The notes: a model not told the origin generated them from the letters alone. Shown: positions 18,118 to 28,089, counted from the stretch's first letter. The stretch: 64,000 nt of DNA from Candidatus Undivivens industriae (GCA_012514745.1 JAAYZR010000002.1:104962-168961), one strand, 5' to 3'. A program made the numbers and translations.

Positions 18118-19380
18118 ATGTCTGAATACGCCAAGGTGTTGAGAAACCGTAATTTCTTCCTGCTCTGGCTCGGCCAGATCGTTTCACAGCTGGGAGATAG
18201 GCTGGACCAGATGGCTTTGCTGGGGCTGATATATCTTAAGGCCCCCGGTTCCCCGATGCAGATCGCCAAGATAATGTCCTTTACGATCCTCCCGGTTTTT
18301 GTGGTCGGGCCGTTGGCAGGCGTCTACGTTGACCGCTGGGATAAACGCCGCACGATGTACGTATGCGATTTTCTGCGGGCGGCCATCGTATTAACAATCC
18401 CTCTTTTCTTCTTTCATAACAGCAACTTACTTCCCTTGTATGCGGTCATATTTGTTATTTTCGGCATCGGCAGGTTTTTTGTCCCGGCCAAGATGGCGAT
18501 ACTGCCTGAACTCGTGGAGAAAAAACAATTGTTGATGGCAAATACCCTCGCCAATATGACGGGAATGATCGCCGCGGTGGCCGGATTCGGCGTCAGCGGG
18601 CTTTTGGTGGAGTGGATCGGTCCCAAAAGCGGTTTTTTCCTGGATTCGCTTAGTTTTGCTTTTTCCGCCGGCCTGATTTTCTTTATTTACACCGGGGCCC
18701 GCGGCAGAATGCGTGAGCATGCGGTTTCCCATCCTGTCAGGGAAATGGAGGAGATTTTCAAAAAGACGGTGCTGCAGGAATTGAAAGAGAGCTGGCAATA
18801 CGTCCTGAAGAACAAACACATACGTTTCACGCTGGGGCTTATCTTTTCGCTTTCCGCGGCCCTGGGCGCTCTGTACGTGGTGATGATAGTCTTTGTGCAG
18901 AAAACCCTGCATTCTGCGACCAAAGATCTCGGTTTACTAATAGTATTCCTGGGCGCGGGCCTCTTTCTCGGTTCGGTGGTCTATGGGCGTTTCGGGTCCA
19001 GAATATCGCATTACAGAATGATTTTTATTTCCCTTGTCTCGGCCGGGATCGTATTGATAATTTTCGCCTTCACGCTGCAAAGGTATCCTTTTTTCAACGT
19101 GGCGGCAAGTCTGGCGTTGCTTCTGGGTTTGAGTATCTCCCCCATTATGATCGCCTCCAACACCATAATACACAAAGTCAGCGATAGCCAGATGCGTGGT
19201 AAGGTATTCAGCGCTGTGGAAATCATCATGCACGCGGGTTTCCTTATATTCATGCTTTTAAGCAGTAAGATAGCCGAACGGCTTCCGGAGGTATTCATCA
19301 TTTCCGTTATCGGCTGCGTCTTCGCGCTGACCGGGCTGGCGAATATTTTTTACAAAAGAATGGCCGCATGGTTAAATTAG
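18118..19380 (+). CDS. MFS transporter
   Basis: 12-TM pattern. The start was trimmed to ATG 18118 (MSEYAKVLRNRNFFLLWLGQ). Confidence 0.7.
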   Translation: MSEYAKVLRNRNFFLLWLGQIVSQLGDRLDQMALLGLIYLKAPGSPMQIAKIMSFTILPVFVVGPLAGVYVDRWDKRRTMYVCDFLRAAIVLTIPLFFFHNSNLLPLYAVIFVIFGIGRFFVPAKMAILPELVEKKQLLMANTLANMTGMIAAVAGFGVSGLLVEWIGPKSGFFLDSLSFAFSAGLIFFIYTGARGRMREHAVSHPVREMEEIFKKTVLQELKESWQYVLKNKHIRFTLGLIFSLSAALGALYVVMIVFVQKTLHSATKDLGLLIVFLGAGLFLGSVVYGRFGSRISHYRMIFISLVSAGIVLIIFAFTLQRYPFFNVAASLALLLGLSISPIMIASNTIIHKVSDSQMRGKVFSAVEIIMHAGFLIFMLLSSKIAERLPEVFIISVIGCVFALTGLANIFYKRMAAWLN

Positions 19381-20639
19381 AGCATCACAAAGAAGCCACC
19401 GAAAATAAGAAAATAACGGCTCTGCCCCCGCCGGAGAAAGTATTCATCCCGTTCTGCCAGCATTTAGGCAAGCTTTGTCTGCCGGAGGTGAAGCCGGGCG
19501 ATAAAGTCCTTACCGGACAGCGGATAGCCTCTTCCGGGGCCATGCCGTCGGCGGCAGTTCATTCTTCCGTGACCGGCACGGTTTCTTCGATCGAAACCTG
19601 CGCGCACCCCGTGCTCGGCAGGTGCAGCGCGGCGGTAATAGAGACGCGGCTGCCGGATTCTTTCGCTTTCCGGGCGCGCGAAGCGCGTGACGTGGACTCT
19701 CTGCAGCCGGCGGAACTTCTCGATATAATACGCGACGCCGGACTGGTAGGAATGGGAGGAGCGGGCTTCCCTTCTTTCCTCAAGCTTAAACCTCCGGTCC
19801 GGGTGAGGACTCTGATCGTCAACGGCGCCGAGTGCGAACCGTATCTGACTTCCGATTACCGCCTGATGTTGGAAAAAAGCGACGAGATCATTAAAGGGGC
19901 GTTGCTGCTGGGCCGCATACTGGAAGTCGAAGACATATGCATAGCCGTTGAGGACAATAAGCCCGGGGCGGTAGAACTTTTACTGGCAAAAGTCTCCGGT
20001 CCGCTGAGGGTCAAGAAATTAAGGTCTTTTTATCCCCAGGGCGGGGAAAAACAGCTGATTAAAAGCGTGCTGGGCAGGGAGGTCCCGCGCGGCAAATTGC
20101 CGTTCGAGACAGGGGCTGTGGTGCAGAACGTGGCCACAGTGTTCGCCGCTTACGAAGCGGTTTTTCTCGGGAAGCCGCTTTATGAAAGAGTGGTTACCGT
20201 TACCGGGGATTGCCTGTCGAATCCGGCAAATTTGCTGGTGCGGACAGGCACGCCGATATCCGCGCTGATTTCCTTCTGCGGTCCGCTTAAAGAAGAACCG
20301 CACAGGATAATCATAGGCGGGCCCATGATGGGCATAACCCAGGCCGGGACCGATGTCCCGGTGACCAAAACTACCAGCGGGGTGCTGGTGCTGGGCAAGA
20401 AAAGCGGTCGTATCCTGGAAGAGAGCGCCTGTATACGCTGCGGCAGATGCGTGCGCGTGTGTTCCACCGGATTGCTTCCTTGTATGCTGGGGGCGGCGGC
20501 CGAAAGAGGGATGTTGGAAGAAGCTAAACGGCACGGGTTGACCGATTGTTTGGAATGCGGGGCGTGCACATATGTATGTCCGGCGAACCGCAGGTTGGTA
20601 CAGTATATAAAGAGAGCCAAAGCGGAGGCCGCCAGATGA
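19368..20639 (+). CDS. rnfC: Rnf complex subunit C
   Basis: GMGGAGFP NADH/FMN site and two CxxCxxCxxxCP clusters. Confidence 0.85.
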   Translation: MVKLEHHKEATENKKITALPPPEKVFIPFCQHLGKLCLPEVKPGDKVLTGQRIASSGAMPSAAVHSSVTGTVSSIETCAHPVLGRCSAAVIETRLPDSFAFRAREARDVDSLQPAELLDIIRDAGLVGMGGAGFPSFLKLKPPVRVRTLIVNGAECEPYLTSDYRLMLEKSDEIIKGALLLGRILEVEDICIAVEDNKPGAVELLLAKVSGPLRVKKLRSFYPQGGEKQLIKSVLGREVPRGKLPFETGAVVQNVATVFAAYEAVFLGKPLYERVVTVTGDCLSNPANLLVRTGTPISALISFCGPLKEEPHRIIIGGPMMGITQAGTDVPVTKTTSGVLVLGKKSGRILEESACIRCGRCVRVCSTGLLPCMLGAAAERGMLEEAKRHGLTDCLECGACTYVCPANRRLVQYIKRAKAEAAR

Positions 20640-21160
20640 AAGATATCTTCAGGTTCGCGTTCATTTTGGGCCTTATAGCATTATCGGCCGGAGGTCTGCT
20701 TGCGGCGGTCAACGCCGTCACCGCCCCGCGTATCGCGGCGCAGGCCGGTCTGGAGGAGGAAGCGGCTTTGAAGGGGCTGCAACCTGAGGCCGCGGTTTTC
20801 ACACCGGTGCTTAAAGGGGATACGGTTTTCTTCTACAAGGCTTATGATAAAAACGGCAAGTTACTTAGCGTGTTGTTCAAGGCTGCGGGTAAGGGGTATT
20901 CCGGCATGATAGAGACTATGGTCTGCATGGACGTCCAGGCGAAGATAAAAGCGATAAAAATCCTCAGCCAGAACGAGACCCCCGGATTGGGAAGCAAGGT
21001 CGCGGAAGGATCTTTCACAGGCAGGTTCAGCGGCGTGGATGCGGCCTGTGTTTCCAGGGTGCAGGCGATAACCGGGGCCACTATTTCTTCGCGGGCGGTC
21101 AGCTCTTCCATAGACCTGAAAGCGGCCGAAGTCAGGGAGGCTTTACGGAATGGAAAATAA
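20636..21160 (+). CDS. rnfG: Rnf complex subunit G (FMN-binding)
   Basis: N-terminal TM plus FMN_bind motif ETPGLG...TGATISS. Confidence 0.8.
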   Translation: MKDIFRFAFILGLIALSAGGLLAAVNAVTAPRIAAQAGLEEEAALKGLQPEAAVFTPVLKGDTVFFYKAYDKNGKLLSVLFKAAGKGYSGMIETMVCMDVQAKIKAIKILSQNETPGLGSKVAEGSFTGRFSGVDAACVSRVQAITGATISSRAVSSSIDLKAAEVREALRNGK

Positions 21161-22097
21161 GCTTATAGTAACCGCGGCGCCGCATCTGCACGCGCATCAA
21201 TCCACGGCGCGCATAATGTGGAGCGTCAGCCTGGCTCTTCTTCCGGCAGGAGCGGCCGGGGTCTATCTTTTCGGATATGCGGCTCTGGCAGTAATAGTGA
21301 CGGCGGTCGCGGCCGCGCTGGCCACGGAATGGTTGTTGCAGAAAATGACGCGCAGACAGGTCACCTTATTAGACGGCAGCGCTTTTCTTACCGGACTGCT
21401 TCTGGCGTACAACCTGCCGTCCGGCGTGCCGCTTTGGATGCCGGCAGTAGGTTCCTTTTTCGCGATCGCCGTAGGGAAACAGATTTTCGGAGGGTTGGGG
21501 CAGAACATATTCAATCCGGCCCTCGCGGCAAGGGCCTTCCTTATGGCGTCCTGGCCGGCTTACATGACCTCTTTCCGGGCTCCGGGTTTCGACGCCGTTG
21601 CTTCCGCCACCCCGTTGTCGGCGCTGAAGGAGGGGCATCTCCGGCAGGTATATTCTTATCTGGATCTTTTCCTGGGGAATAAGGGGGGGTGTATAGGTGA
21701 GGTGTGCGTGGCGGGGCTGCTCGCCGGCGCGGTCTTTCTTTTTCTGAAAGGATATATAACCTGGCATATCCCGGTTTCCTATCTTCTGACCGCAGGTATA
21801 TTTCATTATGTTTTCGGACCTTCCGGGCTGTTCAGCGGGGATTGGCTGTTTTACCTGTTTTCCGGCGGGCTGGTGCTGGGCGCCTTTTACATGGCGACTG
21901 ATTACGTGACGTCGCCTTTGACCGCCAAAGGACAGTTGATCTATGGAACGGGATGCGGTCTGTTAACGGTGGTTATCCGGCTGTGGGGAGGATATCCGGA
22001 AGGGACATGTTACGCCATCCTGATGATGAACGCGGTTTCTCCATTCATCGACAGGTACACCCGCGGGCGTATTTACGGCACGGGGAAGATGAGATGA
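21150..22097 (+). CDS. rnfD: Rnf complex subunit D
   Basis: NqrB/RnfD family; NPALAARAF motif. Confidence 0.85.
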   Translation: MENKLIVTAAPHLHAHQSTARIMWSVSLALLPAGAAGVYLFGYAALAVIVTAVAAALATEWLLQKMTRRQVTLLDGSAFLTGLLLAYNLPSGVPLWMPAVGSFFAIAVGKQIFGGLGQNIFNPALAARAFLMASWPAYMTSFRAPGFDAVASATPLSALKEGHLRQVYSYLDLFLGNKGGCIGEVCVAGLLAGAVFLFLKGYITWHIPVSYLLTAGIFHYVFGPSGLFSGDWLFYLFSGGLVLGAFYMATDYVTSPLTAKGQLIYGTGCGLLTVVIRLWGGYPEGTCYAILMMNAVSPFIDRYTRGRIYGTGKMR

Positions 22098-22684
22098 AGC
22101 TGTTACCGGAGTTCCTGAAAGGGATAATAAAACAGAACCCTATTTTTGTCCTCGCACTCGGTCTCTGTCCGGTGCTGGCCGTATCCACCTCGGTAAAGAA
22201 CGCGCTGGGTATGGGCGCGGCAGCCACCTTCGTGCTGGTCGGCTCCAATTGCATCGTATCTTTAATAAAGAAGGGCGTGCCGGATACGATACGCATACCC
22301 TGTTTTATCATCGTCATCGCCACTTTCGTGACCATCGCCGAACTGGTGATGAAGGCCTACAGCCCCGCGTTGAACAGGGCCCTGGGTATATATGTCCCGT
22401 TGATAGTGGTAAACTGCGTGGTGCTCGGCAGAGCCGAGGCCTTCGCTTCCCGCCGGACGCTGCCCGCTTCGTTAGCAGACGCTCTCGGGATGGGCATAGG
22501 GTTTACTCTGGGGTTGGCGCTTATATCCGCGGTCAGGGAACTGCTCGGTTCGGGACAGCTGCTCGGGTATACACTGTTGCCCGGTTTTCAACCGGCGCTG
22601 ATGATGGCGCTGCCTCCGGGGGCGCTTCTGGTCATAGGCGGGATGCTGGGGTTTTTTAATCTGTTGAAGGGGAGAAAGGAATGA
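22094..22684 (+). CDS. rnfE: Rnf complex subunit E
   Basis: NqrD/RnfE family. ATGA overlap with rnfD. Confidence 0.85.
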   Translation: MKLLPEFLKGIIKQNPIFVLALGLCPVLAVSTSVKNALGMGAAATFVLVGSNCIVSLIKKGVPDTIRIPCFIIVIATFVTIAELVMKAYSPALNRALGIYVPLIVVNCVVLGRAEAFASRRTLPASLADALGMGIGFTLGLALISAVRELLGSGQLLGYTLLPGFQPALMMALPPGALLVIGGMLGFFNLLKGRKE

Positions 22685-23289
22685 ACGCGGGACATTTTCT
22701 GGCGATATTTATTTCCAGCATTTTCGTTTCTAACGTCATCCTCTCGCGTTTCCTGGGATTGTGCTCGTTCATCGCCATTTCCAAGGAGACCCGTCCGGCT
22801 CTGGCAATGAGTTCAGCGGTGCTCTTCGTCATCGTCATGTCTTCGGCGATCACCTGGGTGGTTTATAATTACCTCCTGATACCCTTCGATCTTGCTTATC
22901 TGCGCACAATTTCTTTCATACTGGTCATAGCCTCCTGCGTTCAGCTGGTGGAGATGGTAATCCGTAAATTCATGCCCGCGCTTTACCGCGTGTTCGGCAT
23001 TTACCTCCCGCTGATCACCGTAAATTGCGCCGTTCTGGGCGTAGCCGTACTTAACACCGACATGTTCTTCAGCAGGGGGAAACCCCTGCCGGGGAGTTTC
23101 ATTTTTTCCGTCTTTCAGGGCGTATGCGTCGGCATCGGCTATACGCTGGCGATGCTCTTGATGTCCGCCATAAGGGAAAGATTGGAATATTCACGCGTGC
23201 CGGAGGCGGTCCGGGAATTTCCCATTGCTTTCGTCACCGCTTCCTTAATGAGTCTTTCATTCATGGGTTTTAACGGGTTCAGATTTTGA
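22681..23289 (+). CDS. rnfA: Rnf complex subunit A
   Basis: NqrE/RnfA family polytopic protein. Confidence 0.85.
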   Translation: MNAGHFLAIFISSIFVSNVILSRFLGLCSFIAISKETRPALAMSSAVLFVIVMSSAITWVVYNYLLIPFDLAYLRTISFILVIASCVQLVEMVIRKFMPALYRVFGIYLPLITVNCAVLGVAVLNTDMFFSRGKPLPGSFIFSVFQGVCVGIGYTLAMLLMSAIRERLEYSRVPEAVREFPIAFVTASLMSLSFMGFNGFRF

Positions 23290-23305
23290 CCCGGAGGGAA
23301 TTGTT

Positions 23306-24091
23306 ATGGTTATACTGGCGGCGGTTTTAACACTGGGGACGCTCGGGGCGTTGTTCGGGGCAGGTTTGGCTTTCGCCTCGCGCAAGTTGGCCGTGCATAC
23401 CGACCTGCGCCTGGAAAAAATAATGGGGCTGCTGCCGGGGGCTAATTGCGGAGCCTGCGGCGCCGCCGGCTGCTTCGGTTTCGCCGAGGCCGTTCTTAAA
23501 GGCGAGCTTTCCCCGGATGCCTGCCGGGCCGGCGACGAAAGCGCTAAGCGGGAGATAGCGGCCATCCTCGGAAAAAAGCTGGATAAATCCTCCAAGAGGA
23601 CTGCGGTGCTGCATTGCCGCGGCGGAGCGAACGCGGCGGAAAGATACATTTACTCCGGTTTTAAGGATTGTCGGGCCGCGGCCGCCCTTCTTGGCGGACC
23701 CAAAAAATGCCCCTTTGGCTGTATAGGACTGGGGACCTGCGTGACGGTCTGCCCCTTCAACGCGATCAGCATGGGAAAAGACGGCCTGCCGCGCGTGGAT
23801 AAGGATAAATGCCGCGCCTGCGGTAAATGCGTCAGCGCTTGTCCCAAGCGCCTGTTTTCGCTCCGGCCGCAAGAGCAAAAGGTCTTTGTGGCGTGCCGTT
23901 CTCTCGATACCGCCGCGGTCAAGCGCGGATACTGCAAGTCTGCCTGCATTGCCTGCCGGCGCTGCGAGAAAACCTGCAGATACGGGGCGGTAAAAGTGGA
24001 AAATAATCTGGCGGTCATAGATTACGCCAAATGCACTTCCTGCATGGAGTGCGTTGAGGTCTGTCCGGTCAAAGCGATAGCCGTTTTGTAA
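23306..24091 (+). CDS. rnfB: Rnf complex subunit B (polyferredoxin)
   Basis: N-terminal anchor, CGACGAAGC motif and multiple 4Fe-4S motifs. Confidence 0.85.
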   Translation: MVILAAVLTLGTLGALFGAGLAFASRKLAVHTDLRLEKIMGLLPGANCGACGAAGCFGFAEAVLKGELSPDACRAGDESAKREIAAILGKKLDKSSKRTAVLHCRGGANAAERYIYSGFKDCRAAAALLGGPKKCPFGCIGLGTCVTVCPFNAISMGKDGLPRVDKDKCRACGKCVSACPKRLFSLRPQEQKVFVACRSLDTAAVKRGYCKSACIACRRCEKTCRYGAVKVENNLAVIDYAKCTSCMECVEVCPVKAIAVL

Positions 24092-24111
24092 GCGGTTCTG
24101 AGGAGCGGTTT

Positions 24112-24720
24112 ATGAAAAGAAGAGCCAGGATTGCCGTGTTCGCTTCCGGTACGGGGAGCAATTTTCTCGCCATAGTGAAAGCGGTAAAGAGCGGGTTGAT
24201 CAAAGCGGAGATCGCGTTTTTGCTTTGCGATAATCCGGGGGCGCCGGTCATCGAAAAGGCGGCCCGGGCCGGGATAAGGAGTTTGATCGTCTCCTGCGGG
24301 GATTTCCCTTCCCGCGAGTCGTTCGAGGCAGAGGTGCTTTACGCTCTGCGCCGCGGCCGCGTAGACCTGGTGGTCCTGGCCGGGTTCATGCGCATACTCA
24401 GCCCCTCGTTCGTCAGACGTTATCGTAATCGGATAATCAATATCCATCCTTCTCTGCTTCCTTCTTTTAAAGGGGCTCGCGCGATACACGACGCTTTCGA
24501 ATACGGGGCCAAGGTCACCGGAGTAACCGTGCATTTCGTGGATGAGAAGACCGACCACGGCCCGATAATAATGCAGGAAGAAGTTAAGGTCGGCAGGAAT
24601 GATACCCTGGCCGGGCTTGAGAAAAAAATACATGAGACCGAACACCGCATTTACCCGCTGGCGATAGGTCTTTTTCTGCGCGGACGTCTGCGCGTAAAAG
24701 GCAGAAAGATATTTTATTGA
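24112..24720 (+). CDS. purN: phosphoribosylglycinamide formyltransferase
   Basis: Formyl transferase motifs (IINIHPSLLP, HFVDE). Confidence 0.85.
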   Translation: MKRRARIAVFASGTGSNFLAIVKAVKSGLIKAEIAFLLCDNPGAPVIEKAARAGIRSLIVSCGDFPSRESFEAEVLYALRRGRVDLVVLAGFMRILSPSFVRRYRNRIINIHPSLLPSFKGARAIHDAFEYGAKVTGVTVHFVDEKTDHGPIIMQEEVKVGRNDTLAGLEKKIHETEHRIYPLAIGLFLRGRLRVKGRKIFY

Positions 24721-24730
24721 TCCGCGGATT

Positions 24731-25558
24731 TTATTTGCGGTTTGCTTCTTGCGGAGGCGGGAGCAGGGCTTTGCGGCTGAATTCCGATCCGGCGTTATCC
24801 GGGGGAGGGCCGTATAGTTTCAGCGTGTCGAAACCGTGAAAAGCGTATTCATTGACCACCCAGGCCGCGGCGGCCAATGCCGTTTCCTTGAGCCCGGCCA
24901 CCGTTCCCGAGGCAGGTTGCAGCAAATAGATCTCCAGACAGCGGTCCTTTAGACTTACTTCCGCCGCTTTAGGCGGTATGCCCGCCGCGTTCGGCTGCTG
25001 TTGTGCCGCGGAATAGCTTATCTTTTGCGTTATGAGGGAGCAGACAAAGTCCTCTTTCCTGACAGGCTCCTTCAGGATGTATTTCCCTTCCTCGTCTCCC
25101 ACGCCCAGCGGGTTTTGGGTTATCGAACTTATACTGCGCGCGGCGAAATCGTTCCTGGAAATCGCGTTGCATTGCAGTTTGACCAGGTCCGTGACGTAAT
25201 TGACGATTCTGTATTCTATCCCGTGCTGCCCGGTGTCGGTAACGACGATTACCAGGAATTCCATCCGCGGGTTCATGCTCAGGCAGACCCTGGTGGCGGA
25301 GACCACGAGGCGGTTGATATTCTTTTGTATTGCGCCGGCCAGTTCCTTATCCGTGGTCGTCAGCGATGCCACCGGCAGGTAAACGTAGAGGGTGTCTCCG
25401 GAAAGCCAGGCGTTTATTTTCAGGCCGTATTCGTCACGGCAGAGGGCGATCACCGCTTCGGCGGCTTTTTCTTTCGTATAAGTAGGCTGCAGAGAGAAAC
25501 ATCCGCATAGAACAGAGGCACACCAGAGGGACAGGAGCGCCGCGGAAAGGCGTTTCAT
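24731..25558 (-). CDS. hypothetical lipoprotein, translationally coupled to the FtsH-like gene
   Basis: Signal peptide with a probable lipobox (MKRLSAALLSLWCASVLCGC). Its ATG overlaps the upstream TGA in an ATGA arrangement. Confidence 0.5.
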   Translation of the reverse strand: MKRLSAALLSLWCASVLCGCFSLQPTYTKEKAAEAVIALCRDEYGLKINAWLSGDTLYVYLPVASLTTTDKELAGAIQKNINRLVVSATRVCLSMNPRMEFLVIVVTDTGQHGIEYRIVNYVTDLVKLQCNAISRNDFAARSISSITQNPLGVGDEEGKYILKEPVRKEDFVCSLITQKISYSAAQQQPNAAGIPPKAAEVSLKDRCLEIYLLQPASGTVAGLKETALAAAAWVVNEYAFHGFDTLKLYGPPPDNAGSEFSRKALLPPPQEANRK

Positions 25559-27240
25559 TTCCTTGTCCGTTCTTTTCCGCATTCTTTGAATATCGTTTCT
25601 ATCTGGTCGTAATCCAGCTCTTCTTTGGCGATCAGCTCCCCGGCGAAGCGGTCAAGCAGGGCGGACTCTTTCTTTAACAGATCCTCAACTTCCTGCAGGC
25701 ACTGGGAAAGTATGCTTTGCACGTCGTCGTCCAGCCTTTCCTTGGTCTTTTCCGAAATAAAACTCATCTGCGGCCACGCGGAAGAAGAGGAAAAGTTTTT
25801 GCTCAATTCCTTGAAATTGCCCTTCATTCCGGAAGAACCCATGCCCCAGCACCAGACCATATTATAGGCCCAGAAAGCCGCCTGAAGCATATCTTCTCCC
25901 ACCCCCGAAGTGGTCGTGCGGAATTTCAGCATCTCCGCGGCGTAAGAACCCAGCGCCACTTTTATATTGGCCAGGTAATATTCTTTGTTATGTATGTGCA
26001 TTTCCTCCTTCGAACGGTGATAGACGTAGCCGAGGAAGCCGACGGTGCGCGGTATGATGGTGGCCTTGAATACGTCGTCGGTGGGGTGGAGCAGGTATGC
26101 GGTAATGGCATGCCCGGCTTCATGATAGGCGACTTGTTCTTTCTCCGCCGGGCTGAGCTCCAGGGATTTTCTCAGGCCCATGTCTATTCTTTCCATGGCT
26201 TCGTTTATCTCAGCCATGCCTATGCTGTCCTTTTGTTTGCGGATGGCGATTATCCCGGCCTCCCGCACGATGTTGTTTATGTCGGCGGGGCTTTTGTAAA
26301 CCGCCTTGCGCGCCAGCTGTCCTATGCTTATGTCGCTTCCGCAGCGCACCTTTTTAAGATAGAATTCGAAAAGCTGTTCTCTGTCTTTGAGCCCGGGCAA
26401 TCCTATGTATATCTTTCTGTCGAAACGTCCGGCGCGCATCAGCGCCTGGTCGAGGTCTTTTTCATCCACATTGGTGGCCCCGATCACTACAAGGTTGTTT
26501 TCTTTCTTGCGCAGTCCGTCCAGTTCCGTGAGCAGTTGGTTGACCGCGGCGTTCGCGCTCATCTGTCCGCCGAAGCCGGCATCGTCTCTCCTGGGCCTGG
26601 CTACCGAATCTATTTCGTCGATAAATATTATGCATCCGCCGTGCAATTCTGCCAGGGCGCGGGCCTCTTTGAACAGCGAACGGATTTTTGCCGCCCCCAG
26701 GCCGACGATGATGCCTTCCAGCTCGCTGCCTACCACGGAAAGGAACGGCATCTGCACTTCCGTGGCTATTGCCTTGGCCAGATAGGTTTTTCCGCATCCC
26801 GGCGCCCCGGAAAGCAGTATCCCCTTCACGATCTGTCCTCCCACGCGCTGCAGTTTAGTGCGGTCTTTCAATAACTGCACCACTTCCCAGGCTTCCCGTT
26901 TTACTTCGTCCATGCCGATGACTTCGTCCCATTTCACGTTCACTTCCACGCTTTTTATCTTTTTCTGCCCGAGTTTCGTCATCCCTCCGGCAAAAAAGAA
27001 CCAGTAGTGAAATACCGTATAGATCGAGGCGAAGACGAAAGCGGTGACGACGGCTATGAATATCTGCAGCGGGATCATGGAAAGCTGCATTTGTTTATAG
27101 AACGATTCCAGCCCTGCCATCGCTTTCATTCCGACTATCAAGGCGAACACGGTCAGGGTGAGCACAGTTACTGCCAGCAGGACCAGCAGCAGCTTTATCC
27201 AGTTTAGCTTCACATAAACGGAGACTTTTTTCAGGTTCAT
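25555..27240 (-). CDS. divergent FtsH-like AAA+ zinc metalloprotease (no periplasmic domain)
   Basis: Walker A GAPGCGKT, Walker B IIFIDEID, M41 zinc site HEAGHA. The two N-terminal TM helices are separated by only about 17 residues. Confidence 0.75.
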   Translation of the reverse strand: MNLKKVSVYVKLNWIKLLLVLLAVTVLTLTVFALIVGMKAMAGLESFYKQMQLSMIPLQIFIAVVTAFVFASIYTVFHYWFFFAGGMTKLGQKKIKSVEVNVKWDEVIGMDEVKREAWEVVQLLKDRTKLQRVGGQIVKGILLSGAPGCGKTYLAKAIATEVQMPFLSVVGSELEGIIVGLGAAKIRSLFKEARALAELHGGCIIFIDEIDSVARPRRDDAGFGGQMSANAAVNQLLTELDGLRKKENNLVVIGATNVDEKDLDQALMRAGRFDRKIYIGLPGLKDREQLFEFYLKKVRCGSDISIGQLARKAVYKSPADINNIVREAGIIAIRKQKDSIGMAEINEAMERIDMGLRKSLELSPAEKEQVAYHEAGHAITAYLLHPTDDVFKATIIPRTVGFLGYVYHRSKEEMHIHNKEYYLANIKVALGSYAAEMLKFRTTTSGVGEDMLQAAFWAYNMVWCWGMGSSGMKGNFKELSKNFSSSSAWPQMSFISEKTKERLDDDVQSILSQCLQEVEDLLKKESALLDRFAGELIAKEELDYDQIETIFKECGKERTRK

Positions 27241-27331
27241 GGTTATCCTCCAGGATTATTTTATGGACAAATACCTCTTACAAATAACATATTTAGATAC
27301 TAAAGTCAAACTATTTCAGTAAGATTTGTGC

Positions 27332-27366
27332 TTGACAAAAAAATCCTCACGAGTTATACTATGTTT
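27332..27366 (+). promoter_or_regulatory. near-consensus sigma70 promoter TTGACA-17-TATACT
   Basis: TTGACA at 27332-27337, 17-nt spacer, then TATACT. Confidence 0.55.
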
Positions 27367-27442
27367 ACAAAGAGATAATAAAACTCTTTTCTAAGCCGGC
27401 TAATCTCGCCTTTTTAAAAGCGGGGATAGCCACGGACTCAAG

Positions 27443-27476
27443 CCGGAAGGAAAGTGATTCTTCCGGTTTTTATTTT
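27443..27476 (+). terminator. intrinsic terminator-like hairpin (CCGGAAG..CTTCCGG plus T-tract) inside the leader between the promoter and PilZ gene 1
   Basis: 7-bp GC-rich stem followed by TTTTTATTTT. Confidence 0.5.
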
Positions 27477-27534
27477 GGGAAAGAGGCCTTCTCCAGGGGG
27501 ACGGAAACGTGTTGTATCTCTCCACGCAGGATAT

Positions 27535-27861
27535 ATGGTAAACCAGGACGAAAGAAGATTTTTTGTCAGGATTCCGGTCAGTTTTCCATTGAAATTCTCT
27601 TTGACCGGTTCCTCCTTGCAGTGTATAGGGACCGTCAGCGACGTGAGCATCCGCGGGCTGGGGATATTTACAGAGGCTTCGTTGTCGCGGGGCGCTTCTC
27701 TGGATTGCTGGCTTCTTCTTTCCGACAAAAACCGGCCTTTCTACACGAAAGGCGAAGTGATTTGGACTATACAGGAAGGGGAGAAAACCCTTCGCGCCGG
27801 TATCAGCCTTTCCAATCCGGTCACAACAGGCGTGGCGCACGTTCTTAGACAAAACAGTTAA
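27535..27861 (+). CDS. single-domain PilZ protein (c-di-GMP receptor family)
   Basis: RxxxR (RRFFVRIP) and D-x-S-x-x-G (DVSIRGLG) motifs. Start trimmed to ATG 27535. Confidence 0.65.
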   Translation: MVNQDERRFFVRIPVSFPLKFSLTGSSLQCIGTVSDVSIRGLGIFTEASLSRGASLDCWLLLSDKNRPFYTKGEVIWTIQEGEKTLRAGISLSNPVTTGVAHVLRQNS

Positions 27862-27866
27862 TCCAG

Positions 27867-27913
27867 CCGCAGAAACCCCCGGGCTTGAAAGCCGGGGATG
27901 GGTGCGGTTTGAG
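27867..27913. repeat. palindromic element related to the CAAACCGCAG family (CCGCAGAAA...CCCGGGCTTGAAAGCCGGGG...TGCGGTTTGAG)
   Basis: Outer CCGCA/TGCGG and inner CCCGGGCTT/AAGCCGGGG stems. The 3' end is the reverse complement of the family's 5' box. Confidence 0.5.
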
Positions 27914-27928
27914 TAAATTCGTTTTACG

Positions 27929-27958
27929 TTGACAGTTCCAGTCCCGGTAAGCTATAAT
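27929..27958 (+). promoter_or_regulatory. consensus sigma70 promoter TTGACA-18-TATAAT upstream of PilZ gene 2
   Basis: TTGACA at 27929-27934, TATAAT at 27953-27958. Confidence 0.55.
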
Positions 27959-28089
27959 CTATCGGGCCGGAATAAAACCCCGGTATAATAGTTTAGATTT
28001 CAGGCCGCGCTTCCATGGGGGAGTCCGGGCCTTACCGGCCTTTATTTAGGGGATTAAAGGCGGATCTGTGACGGGGAGATCCGGGATAA

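Noticed and set aside
27373-27534. c-di-GMP riboswitch (GEMM-I/II) in the PilZ leader
   Set aside because: The conserved GEMM cores (ACGCACAGGGCAAACC / GGACGCAAAGCC) are not present. Only a generic hairpin plus T-tract terminator is seen.
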